Shown: positions 51,101 through 64,000 of the stretch, in pieces | Layout of the letters: the number at the start of each line of letters is the position of its first letter | Position numbering within the stretch: position 1 is the stretch's first letter | DNA from: Macrostomum lignano | Lineage: Eukaryota | Reading direction: 5' to 3' | Length of the DNA: 64,000 nt | Assembly (NCBI GenBank): GCA_002269645.1 | Contig: NIVC01003237.1 | Coordinates: 13,621-77,620 of the forward strand | Made by a program: the position numbers and the translations under genes | The notes under the pieces: generated by a model | Database searches by the model: none | What the model saw: only the letters and a program-made list of their open reading frames with translations | Told to the model about the DNA's origin: nothing

Positions 51101-54050
51101 TGGCCTGGGACTGAGCTACCCCACTGGTATATCGTATTCCCATTGAAAAACTCGAGCGGTTAAATTTAAAATCCGCCCAGTGGGTGGCTGGGGAGCCGAT
51201 CATAAACTTAAGCGATCCCCAGCCCCCCCCCCCCAAAAAAAAAGCCACAAAGCGGGGGAGGACAAACTTGCGAGGAAATTCACGCACGCTGACTGATGGA
51301 GTGCCGCAGCAATGCCGGCTGTCTCTATTTTTTGTAGCTCGGCCCACGTTGGCCAAGCTGTCTAAGAAAGCTCTGTAGTAGTAAGCTCGAACTACTGGGA
51401 TTAGCGGTGGGCTGGAAATGTCTGAAGCCCCCAACCGAAAACTGCCCTGCTTTGAAAGCGAAAGCGGCGGCTACCATGCGGCAGCTGCCGTGACAGCGTT
51501 CTTCGCCTGTCACGCCGGTGCCATCAAGGAACAAGGGGAGCTGAGAGTGCGGTAGGAGAGAAGCTATTAGACTAGTAGCGGTGTCAATGGGGAATCTGCG
51601 CGACTTTCCCTTTCCCCACCACCTTGGCTCGCAGTAACTACTGACTAACAACAGGCACTGGGAGGCAGCCATCGAACTGATGCGAGAATTGTAGCAATTC
51701 TTCTTCTAGTTTTCAGCGCACAAATCGGCTTTTTCCCCGTGTTGATGTCGGGCCGTGTTCCTTTTCCCTCTCGCCAAACTATCCAGGTGAAAGCGGAGCC
51801 GCGGCTTCAAGGCCTCTAATTACGGTCCTAGGAATTTTTCGGCGTCAAGAGGCGAGGGGAACAACAGGAGCCATCGGGGAAGGGGGATGACTAACTGTAA
51901 TTGAGCGGTCAAATACGCTCGTATTAGCGCTTGGCTGAACTTGCCCCGGTGATGGATTGGCAGACACCTGGATATTTGAGAAATGCGTCTTTTGGTGGAG
52001 AAAAAAAACTTTTTTTTCACCTGTCAAGGATTTCAAGCATGAAGACAGAAGATTTATTCTCAGTTTTAAACGTCATCATTTTTTGGCGATATTTTTTCGC
52101 TTTACAGGCTATGATAGTTTTTTTCAAAACCATTTGGTTGCTTTTTCTGCTCTCTATTTTACTTGTGCTCCCCGAGCACTCCCAAAGCACTCCCAGAGCA
52201 CTCCCATAGCACTCCCCGAGCACTCTCAGAGCACTCCGAAAGCACTCCCGAAACACTCCATTAGCCCTCCCCAAACACTCCATTAGCACTCCTCGAACAC
52301 TCTCAGAGCACTCCCCGAGCACTCCTAGAACACTCTGAGCACTCCGAAAGCACTACCCAAACACTCTCATAGCACTCCTCGAGCACTCTCCGAGCACCCT
52401 CCGAGCACTCAAAAAGCACTCCCCAAACACTCCCATAGCACTCCTCGAGCACTCTCCGAGCACTCCGAAAGCACTCCCCAAGCACTCTCATAGCACTCCT
52501 CGAGCATTCTCCGAGCACCCTCCGAGCACTCCAAAAGCACTCCCCAAACACCCCCATAGCACTCCTCGAGCACTCTCCGAGCACTCCGAAAGCACTCCCC
52601 AAACATTCCCAAAGCACTCCTCGAGCACTCTCCGAGCACTCCGAAAGCACTCCCCAAGCACTCTCATAGCACTCCTCGAGCATTCTCCGAGCACCCTCCG
52701 AGCACTCCAAAAGCACTCCCCAAACACCCCCATAGCACTCCTCGAGCACCCTCCGAGCACTCCGAAAGCACTCCCCAAACACTCTCATCGCACTCCTCGA
52801 GCACCCTCCGAGCACTCCGAAAGCACTCCCCAAGCACTCTCATAGCACTCCTCGAGCATTCTCCGAGCACCCTCCGAGCACTCCGAAAGCACTCCCCAAA
52901 CACTCTCATCGCACTCCTCGAGCACCCTCCGAGCACTCCGAAAGCACTCCCCAAGCACTCTCATAGCACTCCTCGAGCATTCTCCGAGCACCCTCCGAGC
53001 ACTCCGAAAGCACTCCCCAAACACTCTCATAGCACTCCTCGAGCACCCTCCGAGCACTCCAAAAGCACTCCCCAAACACTCCCATAGCACTCCTCGAGCA
53101 CTCTCCGAGCACTCCGAAAGCACTCCCCAAGCACTCTCATAGCACTCCTCGAGCATTCTCCGAGCACCCTCCGAGCACTCCGAAAGCACTCCCCAAACAC
53201 TCTCATAGCACTCCTCGAGCACTCCCCGAGCACTCCGAAAGAACTCCCCAAGCACTCTCATAGCACTCCTCGAGCATTCTCCGAGCACCCTCCGAGTACT
53301 CCGAAAGCACTCCCCAAACACTCTCATAGCACTCCTCGAGCACCCTCCGAGCACTCCGAAAGCACTCCCCAAGCACTCTCATAGCACTCCTTGAACACTT
53401 TCAGAGCACCTCCCGAGCTCTTCCGAAGCACTCACCCAGAAACTCCAAAAAACGTTCTACAATAACCAGTGCCAAGCACTCCATAAACATTCTCGAGCAG
53501 TCCATCCCTAAACAATAGCTGAGCAGTCCCTTAGCAGTCCGTGAGCTCAGGCACTCCATTAATTCAATCCCATCCCATCCCACACCGCCACCGCTGCAGC
53601 TGTCACTCCCGAGGGGACGCCGGCATTCAGTCCGACGGTAGCGCCGTCTCCGACGTCTCCGACAAGTTAAAAGCGAATCCCGACAAATTCGACAATGACG
53701 ATGCAGCTGACGATGCCGATGTTGACGACGTAGCCTCCACCGCAGCTGACGACGTTGCCAAGCGTCGCCGCCATCAACAGCAGCAGCCGCCGCGCCAGCA
53801 GCAACAGCAGCAGCACCGGCGACCGCTTCTGGGATCGGCCGGAGCCTCCGTTGACAGTCCCAGCTTGACTGACAACGGCTGTCAGCAGCAGGACGTCAGG
53901 CGCGATGAACGTCGGCGCCGACGAAGCAAAGCTCGACGGCAGACCGACCGACCGCTGCCAGCGCTGCCCCCGCCGCAGCCAACGTCAACGACAGTCTCAA
54001 TAGCGCCGGCAGTCAAATTGTCTCAGCCGTTGTTGAGCAAAAAGATCTAA
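45108..54050 (+). CDS. robo: Roundabout (Robo)-family receptor, ~1242 aa: signal peptide, 5 Ig, 3 FN3, TM, Pro-rich tail; exons 45108-46060, 47017-48082, 48842-50100, 53600-54050
   Basis: GT-AG introns with phases 2,0,2; exons total 3729 nt = 1243 codons. Splicing rebuilds the Ig motif DAGR|YIC and the FN3 strand LRAE|ALDHETIRVRW. Robo-type Ig2 (LSCRPP..FPPPRIVW), FN3-3 PSQAP...LVSWLPPP, TM WLIVALAAGGVVWLGLAVIVACAL, CC1-like SPYASAS, and poly-Pro motifs. Confidence 0.88.
46400..46945. repeat. Degenerate CCCTAATAGTG-based array, including a 34-bp unit, in Robo intron 1
   Basis: Recurring CCCCTAATAGTG and CTAATAGTTCCCGTAATAGTGTCCCTAAG. Confidence 0.88.
48157..48792. repeat. Nearly perfect 12-bp array (GTTAGAGCACTC)n in Robo intron 2
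   Basis: About 53 copies with a single 2-bp deletion near 48339. Confidence 0.98.
50131..51125 (-). mobile_element. SINE family B, copy 3, with an internal 40/49-bp segment amplified into a ~0.9-kb minisatellite (Robo intron 3)
   Basis: Minus-strand head GTAGCTCAGTC...GGTTCGATTCCGTG at ~51075-51125. The unit GGGTATACAGTGGCCCAGACTTTCTCATCGTCAAGCATGT matches GGGTGTACAGCGGCCCTGGCTTCCTAATCGTCACACATGT in the copy near 36050-36090. Confidence 0.75.
52170..53420. repeat. 55-bp minisatellite built from five ~11-bp AGCACTC-containing subunits (Robo intron 3)
   Basis: Unit AGCACTCCTCGAGCACTCTCCGAGCACTCCGAAAGCACTCCCCAAGCACTCTCAT. Confidence 0.93.
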
Positions 54051-55061
54051 CAATACGCTTTATTTTCTACTCGTCACTGTCAATAAGTAGTCTGTATGAA
54101 TTGTTCTACCATAAGCGAGTTTCATTTCATTTCATTTTATAAGTAATGGGCAAACGAAGGCCCTGCGCTTCAGCCCTGGAAGGGGCTCTTACGCAACTGG
54201 TGTATTTTTGTTCCGATTAGTGAGTTCTACCATGAGCGAGTTGAAAAAAAACGATTCCATTTGAACTCGCAATGTCCAGCTTCTAAATGCAACATTATTT
54301 TCGTAGAAATCCTTCAAATTTCTTAACATGGAATTCTTGTTTACTGCATGCTCGAACAATCAGAGTTCAAGCCAGACAAACTGCTTCAGGTGACCCGTCA
54401 TCTTCCAACGTTTAACCTCTTTAATAAGCAATAGAGCTGTGCAAAAAGAGACGTCCTTCTAGGTATAACATTGTTGCACAACGTGAATGCTTTTATGGAT
54501 CAAATAAACAGGCTTTCTTTCGATAAAACAAATTACGACTTTCGATGGACTGCCTACTTACAGTACTTGTAGACAGTTGCTTCTAATGGACATTTCAAGG
54601 TCAGCGGACACACGATTTTCGATCCTCGAGATCTCTGGGAAAGAAGCTCATGCGACGGCTGCCATGGAAATCTGGGAATCCAGGGGTAGGGGAAGAAAGT
54701 GTGCTCAATTTTTCTAAGAAACGACTTTTTCAAGTTTCGATTACAAGGTCACAAAGGACGGCTAGGGTTTGCATGGTTTGAATGGTTTGCAATGAGAGTG
54801 CGGTGACCCGAGCGATCGAAAACAGGATGTGAGCAATTTTGGTTGAACTCGTTCTCGTGAAGTGATGATGGGTTTTAAAAATAGCAGACCCTGGTAATTA
54901 TAGCCAAAATTTAGAGAAATTATAGCTTAGAAATATCAGTGTGCTGATAAATAGGACCATATTGTATAATACATGTTTATTTTTCTCAGTTAATGCTGAC
55001 TGTACGAACAATGTGAGATGATTCGGGAAAACATCAGGATAATGTCTGTCTGTCTGTGTGC

Positions 55062-56188
<1,127 letters not shown>

Positions 56189-56207
56189 CAATAACACTCT
56201 CCCAGAT

Positions 56208-57684
56208 TCAGCGGGCCTCTCTCCCGCCGTTAGCCCTGACCGGCTCGCGGCTGGACGGCCTTCGAGCTGTCAGCCGCCGCAGATGCTCCGGCAGGCCGGT
56301 GCGGAAGGCGGCCCCGAAGGCGTACACCGCGAATCCCAGGCAGTGATTCAGCAGCTTAGCGTACCGGGCCGACGTACACGCGATGGTCAGGATTCGAACT
56401 CCGAACGACGAGTTGACGAGTTCGGGGCCGGCCAGGGCCGTCGCCAGGCTGTACAGCAGGCCCCCGGTGACCAGGTAGTACGGCAGGTTCAGGCAGAGAA
56501 ACAGCAGCAGGATGCGGACGACAGTGCGGCAGAGACGGCGGTTCTGGGCGGCAATCTGCCCGGCCGAGCCGCCGGCGCCGCCGCCAAGCTGGGCCAGCCG
56601 GTTTCTGGCCAGCCTGGCCAGCAGGCAGCAGCTAGTTGCCATGGCAACCAGCGGCGCGGCCGAGAACAGCAGCCAGCCCCACGAGAACCACAGTCGGAGC
56701 AGCTCACCGTCGGCTGGGTCGGAGGAGCGGCACAGCCGGACAGTCGAGCAGCCGCTGCCGTTGCCGACCCGGATGACGGCGAGTTGGCCGGTGGCCAGCG
56801 GCACAGAGTTGGCCAGGCAGGCGAGAGCGACCACCAGCAGGCAGCGAAGGCCGGCGGCCAGGCGGCGTCGACTATGGAGGCTGCCGGCGGCTGGCGCCGT
56901 CGGCGGCGCGCGAAGTCGGCAGTACCACTCCAGGCTGAGCGCGGCCAGCAGGCCGGAGGAAGCGCTGAACGCGCCTAGCGGGATGAAGAACCGGAGTCTG
57001 GGGCGAAGCAACATATAGTTGAGGATATAGATTGGATTGGCATAAGCCTGGTCTTTTGCGGGATAAGCGTGATACATCTAATCCAGTAGCTTCATCGTAT
57101 CTCATACGCTCGTATCCCTATCTAATCTCACATCCAAATCCAATCTCACATCCTGATATAATCTCACACCCTAATACAATCTCACATGCCTTATCTAATC
57201 TCACATCCCAATCTAATCTAATGTCTATTATCTAATCTCACATGCCTTGTCTAATCTCACATCCAAATCTAACATCGCATCCTGTATCTAATATCGGATC
57301 CCTATCTTATCTGTCATCATCGTCTGATCCCTCTCACTTGCACTCCAGCTGCGTGGCGGGGTACAGGACCCCCAGAGTGAGGAGAATCTCCCAGCACAGG
57401 CTGCCAATGGACGCCAGATCCGCCAGGGACAGCGCGAAGAAGAAGGTGAACACCGGCGATCGCCGAAGCGGCTTCGCCCGCAGCATCACCCCGATGCCGA
57501 AGCTGTTGCCTAGCGCGCCAACGACGGCAAGGCAGGACATCGCCGCCACGGCCAGAGGTGCCGACAGCAACTCCGCTTGGGGACAGTCAGGCGGAGGAGT
57601 CGATTCGAGGTCGGCCAGGTCGAACTTCGATGCTAGCGGCGCCGCCGAGGCTGAGGTGCTGGACCTCGAAGTGGGGTTAGACAT
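56208..57684 (-). CDS. Class A (rhodopsin-like) GPCR, 378 aa, probably of the FMRFamide/peptide-receptor-like type; exons 57684-57338 and 56997-56208
   Basis: Phase-2 GT-AG intron rebuilds ECK|LRFF at the start of TM3; exons total 1137 nt = 379 codons. Seven hydrophobic segments with TM1 GALGN, TM2 LSLADL, TM3 LSLEWY, TM6 LCLNLPY and TM7 LNHCLGFAVY. Confidence 0.88.
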
Positions 57685-57689
57685 GGGTT

Positions 57690-58320
57690 TGAGATTCGAT
57701 TTTTAGATGGGACTAGACAAGGGTGTGAGATTAGATTTGTAGATGGGACTAGACAAGGTTGTGAGATTAGATTTGTAGATGGGACTAGACAAGGGTGTGA
57801 GATTAGATTTGTAGATGGAACTAAACAAGGGTTTGAGATTAAATTTGCAAATTGAACTAGACATGGGGTGTGAGATTAGATTTGTAGATGAGATTTTTAG
57901 TGTATTAGATTATACAAGGGTGTGAGATTAGATTTGTAAATGCGACTAGATATGGGTGTGAGATTAGATTTGTAGATGGGACTAAACAAGGGTGTGAGAT
58001 TAAATTTGCAAATGGGACTAGACATGGGTGTGAGATTAGATTGTAGATGAGAGTTTTAGTGTATTAGATTAGACAAGGGTGTGAGATTAGATTTGTAGAT
58101 GGGATTAGACATGGGTGTGAGATTAGATTTATAAATGCGACTAGACATGGGTGTGAGACTAGATTTGTAGATGGGACTAGACAAGGGTGTGAGATTAGAT
58201 TTGTAAATGCGACTAGACATGGGTGTAAGATTAGATTTGTAGATGAGATTTTTAGTATATTAGATTAGACATGGGTGTGAGATTAGATTTGTAGTTGGGA
58301 CTAGTTAAGGATGTGAGATT
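57690..58320. repeat. 36-bp degenerate minisatellite (GGGACTAGACAAGGGTGTGAGATTAGATTTGTAGAT) upstream of the GPCR
   Basis: Directly visible; begins right at the GPCR start codon. Confidence 0.92.
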
Positions 58321-58797
58321 TGATGCATTGAAATAGCTAAGTTTTATGTTGACATCATGTCTCTGAATTAAATAATTTAATGTGACTGCATAGTGTAAAA
58401 GGTTATGATTAGATTACTAGACTAGATTACGAAGCAGAATGAGATCAGATTTTGATCAAATTAAAGAGTAGAGAAAAATGCTGGACAGAACAAATTTTAT
58501 TTATTTTGTAAAAAAACTTACCAAATAAAGTTTAATAAACTGGGCATTTCAAAGCCAATGAGTGATGGAATCATTGAGTTATGATGCACATTACATCTAG
58601 ACACCAAAAGCAAAACATCAAGAATTTATAGAACTGGAATTCAAAATTAATTCAATTTTTTATTTATCCATTTGCTCTGACAGTCATGTCCAATAAGAAA
58701 TAGTAAGTTGACTTTGCTCATACATGTCCTATTTGTCCTACTGTCCATGTCAGTAGGTAGACAGGAGTATAGCTGAGTCAATACAGAAATAATTTCA

Positions 58798-59358
58798 AAA
58801 TCATTGCAGAATCATTGCAGAACCATTGCAGAATCATTGCAGAATCATAGCAGAATCATTGCAGAATCATTGCAGAATAATTTCAGAATCATTGCAGAAT
58901 CATTGCAGAATCATTGCAGAATCATTGCAGAATCATTGCAGAATCATTGCAGAATCATTGCAGAATCATTGCAGAATCATTGCAGAATCATTGCAGAATC
59001 ATTGCAGAATCATTGCAGAATCATTGCAGAATCATTGCAGAATCATTGCAGAATCATTGCAGAATCATTGCAGAATCATTGCAGAATCATTGCAGAATCA
59101 TAGCAGAATCATTGCAGAATCATTGCAGAATAATTTCAGAATCATAGCAGAATCATTGCAGAATCATTGCAGAATCATTGCAGAATCATTGTAGAATCAT
59201 TGCTGAATAATTTCAGAATCATTGCAGAATCATTGCAGAATCATTGCAGAATCATAGCAGAATCATAGCTGAATCATAGCTGAATCATAGCTGAATCATA
59301 GCTGAATCATAGCTGAATCATAGCTGAATCATAGCTGAATCATAGCTGAGTCATAGCT
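58798..59358. repeat. 11-bp array (AGAATCATTGC)n changing to (TGAATCATAGC)n
   Basis: Directly visible; abuts the stop codon of the 111-aa ORF. Confidence 0.96.
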
Positions 59359-59369
59359 GAACTCCGAAT

Positions 59370-59705
59370 TCAGTGCTTAGGTTTTGTGCTTTGCGTCTCG
59401 GCTGAAGCCTTGATAGCATTGGCCAGAATCCTGTACCCAGCCTGCTTGGCGAAGATCTCCTGCACCAATTCGAATTCTTCCCAAGGGAAAAATTCCTCCA
59501 AATCGAACACGACGTCATCTCTGAAGACGATGGCGAATCCAATCTGCGGCTGCGACTGGCACCAGTCTACCGATATGTTGAGCGGCAACTCGTATTTCTC
59601 CATCATGCACTGGAATAGTCGGACCAACTGAGCCGCTTCCGGTATCGTTGGGGAGAAGTACACGTACAGTTTAATTGGCACCAGCAGCTCCGGTTCCTTC
59701 TCCAT
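59370..59705 (-). CDS. Small 111-aa protein, possibly with an Rdx (SelW/MIEN1-like) thioredoxin fold but lacking CxxC
   Basis: Non-repetitive, GC-elevated ORF between repeats; strong acceptor (ctttctttttatcgtcag|) 22 nt before the ATG. The fold assignment is an alignment by eye. Confidence 0.6.
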   Translation of the reverse strand: MEKEPELLVPIKLYVYFSPTIPEAAQLVRLFQCMMEKYELPLNISVDWCQSQPQIGFAIVFRDDVVFDLEEFFPWEEFELVQEIFAKQAGYRILANAIKASAETQSTKPKH

Positions 59706-60096
59706 GCCGAGCCTAGCAGCGCTTGATCTGACGATAAAAAGAAAGCCCAGTTCACTGCAGCGGAAACTCGGCCTTTCACCCGGCCATAGACTATTTATAG
59801 ACTAGAAAAAGTCTTATCTAATACTGTTCTAAAAATAGCTTTCCATAGACAGTCAAATCGTCAAATGTCAGAGCAAAACTCAAGCAAAATTACAGACGTT
59901 GTCAACTTTTCAAAGCGTTTCGCTTCTCTCGAACACTATCTGTGGTAGGCTAAACAAAATTTGACGCAATGCATTCCATGAATCAATTTTGAGAACATAG
60001 CTCGTACAGTACCTTCAGATATATTTTTGTTCGTTAAAGGCTTTTTAAAACTTTTCTAGTCAATGTTACATGTAAATCAATCTATTATCAATACAT

Positions 60097-61730
<1,634 letters not shown>

Positions 61731-62195
61731 CCAGCACTCTCCAGCTCTCAATCTCTAAGCTGCATTCACCCGCTCCAGCGGTAACTGAGATCCGCTGAGC
61801 CGCACGCATGGCTGGTCAAATACAAGAAACTACTCACTGCCAGCTCTGCAGCACACGATGCGGTCGGCTGCTGCAAAAAATTGCGGCTAGCCGTCTCTTC
61901 GCTGAGCATCACTAGTTGCCAAGCAAATTACGATTGGCTGTTATGCCACTGTAAGCTCTATTTGTGTCAGTAGGGAGTCAGCAGCTTTCAGATTGCCATG
62001 GTAGAGAAAAAATACAAAAAGATAATGTAATGGCCTTTATTTTCTTCTGAAATGTCTGTCACAGTCACAAACTGGGAGCGCAACTGGTTACGCTTTAATC
62101 CTTAATCCTATCCGACGAATAACCCTTTGTTTAGCGAATAAACTATTCAAGTCTACAGAGCTTTAATAAAAAGAGCTCCAACCCAAAATACTCTG

Positions 62196-62327
62196 CACTC
62201 CAATCCCACACACTCCAATCCCACACAATCCAATCCTACACACTCCAATCCCACACACTCCAATCCCACACACTCCAATCCCACACACTCCAATCCTACA
62301 CATTCCAATCCCACACACTCCAATCCC
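62196..62327. repeat. 15-bp repeat (CCAATCCCACACACT) adjoining the LINE tail
   Basis: About 9 copies. Confidence 0.9.
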
Positions 62328-64000
62328 TTACTTACTTACTTAGCTGCAGGGCTGTCCCGGAGGGGACACAGCGGGAAGGCGCGGGCGCCCATTCCGCTAG
62401 TCCCTGAACGGCCGACGCGTCGCTATGGACGGAGGGTTGGCGCCGCCCAGGGAGGTCCCCCAGTGTCGCCAGCAGCTATGGTGCTCTCTGGAAAGGAGAG
62501 TTCAGCCCTGCGGGTGGCCCGAAGGTAGCGCATGAGCTGATTAAAGTTTTCGGGTTTGCACGCTTCAGTAATAGATGTGTGTGGCCCGAGGTAAGTGAGT
62601 CTGGCCCGTTGAGAAGTTGACATGTTGAGAAGTTTGATACAGTCGAGGACTGTAGCAGAGTTGGTGCTGCAGCCACTGATGGCGTGCAAGGCAGCTTGGC
62701 TGTCCGAATGGAAAATGATGTTCTTACCAGTAACGCCAGTGGCGAGAAGCTCTGCAGTGCAGGAGCTGATGGCCAGAACTTCATTTTGGAAAACACTGGA
62801 GTTGACCCCAGTGTATTGAGCGTGGTAGCGATGACCCTCCCGTTCAGAAAGATTCCAACACCAAAGCCGGTGTTGGCTGACTGCTTAGAACCGTCGGTGT
62901 AGCAATGAAGCTCACCAAGGTTCCATTGGTCATTGATGTTATCGCGCGAGTCGATAGCTACGGAGTAGCGCTGTCTCAGGTTGAGCGTTGAGGCAATGCG
63001 ATCGGTGAAGACGCGATTGCCTGACACTCGTTGAGAAAGTTGAGGCACAGGTCGCTATGCGGACAAGGTTCCGCTTAGCAGGTGCTCTCATGTAAATGAA
63101 TTTGACGCCGGCATCAATTAGACGCCGCGTCGTTCTAGCCGCCTCACCCCTGACGAAGAGGTCAAGAGGCGGTAGATTAAGGAAGGCCCCCATGCCAGCA
63201 AAGGGCGTGGACCTGGTGGCGTTGCCTACACGCTCTGCCTTGGATCGTGTTGAGCAGGTCTGCATGGCTTTTGACCTGGGTAGCGCTAACCCAGACAACA
63301 AAACGTACGTAATGGCAGGTCTAACTACGGAAGTATAGATCCACCAAAGCCGCTTTGGGATAGACCCCAAGAAGTGCCAAGTGCTCGTCGGAGCTGGGCC
63401 AGGATGGCTGAGGCACGCTTGACTTTTGCTTTCACGTGGAAGGACCAGTTGAGCCGGTGGTCAAGTGTGACCCCGAGACATCTGGTCTGGTGCGCGAAGG
63501 CAATATCTCTGCCGTAGAGCTGCAAAGGACGTATGTTCCAGCGTAGTCTGCTGGTAAACATAATGGCAACGGTTTTGGGCTCAGAGAGTTCCAGACCATT
63601 GTCATTGGCCAGGATTCTGCTTTGCGGATAAAGCTCTGCATCAGATCCCTGAGCGTGCTGGGAGACGGTCCTGCCACAATGGCCGTGACTCATCAGCATA
63701 CCCGACTTTGAAGACGGGGTCGGTCGGGAGGTCACTCAAAAGAGCGTCCATGACCAGGTTCCAGAGCGTCGGGGTGAGGACTCTGCCTTGGGTCCACCCT
63801 TACAGACTCTGGTGGAGGCAGTTTGCCAAAGTTGGGCAGTGACGTACGGTTGGAGATCATGTACATTTTGAAGGCCCTCTGAAACGCTTCAAAGATAACG
63901 TTGTCGAAGGCGCCAACAATGTCAAGAAAGAGAGCCAGGGCGTAACCGTCACCAGTACGCCCGTTCAATCTTCTCGACAAATCGCATGCAGGCGCTGTCA
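62328..64000 (-). mobile_element. Decayed non-LTR retrotransposon (RT + RNase H, LOA/R1-like), frameshifted and internally deleted, with an (AAGT)n tail; continues past the window end
   Basis: RT pieces ALFLDIVGAFDN, PTLWNLVMDALL, CLGVTLDHRLNW..HV, WGL..KRLWWIYTSVVRPAITY and LNLPPLDL. RNase H CYTDGSK and the FHSDSQAAL-type motif lie in different reading frames. Confidence 0.93.

Noticed and set aside
51075-51125. tRNA genes at the A/B-box motifs (also ~4000, ~36200 and ~43335)
   Set aside because: No complete cloverleaf or acceptor stem; each continues into a shared SINE body.
54555-54675. Minus-strand exon-like segment with a gtaagt donor downstream of the GPCR
   Set aside because: Cannot be joined into an open frame and no protein similarity recognised.

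Overview
Eukaryotic (metazoan) genomic DNA, not prokaryotic. It has spliced genes with GT-AG introns, GC-rich exons with poly-Gln/Ala/Pro tracts, and a very heavy load of micro- and minisatellites. The style resembles a free-living flatworm such as Macrostomum, but that is an inference I cannot confirm. Gene models built by hand from splice sites and checked for reading-frame phase: the 3' end of a MARCH/RING-CH-type E3 ligase (+), a C2H2 zinc-finger factor with two CtBP-binding motifs (+), a YTHDF-type m6A reader (-), a divergent Robo-type receptor (+), a class A peptide-type GPCR (-), and a small 111-aa orphan ORF (-). Mobile DNA: a decayed RT+RNase H non-LTR retrotransposon, tRNA-derived SINE copies, and several MITEs, two of them with exact 8-bp target-site duplications (TSDs). 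Most long ORFs in the supplied track are artefacts of stop-free tandem repeats. The most striking observation is a 296-bp MITE (14-bp perfect terminal inverted repeats, TIRs; 8-bp TSD) carrying a 64-bp copy of the conserved 28S rRNA segment targeted by R2 retrotransposons, Pokey and I-PpoI, rearranged exactly at the cleavage site.
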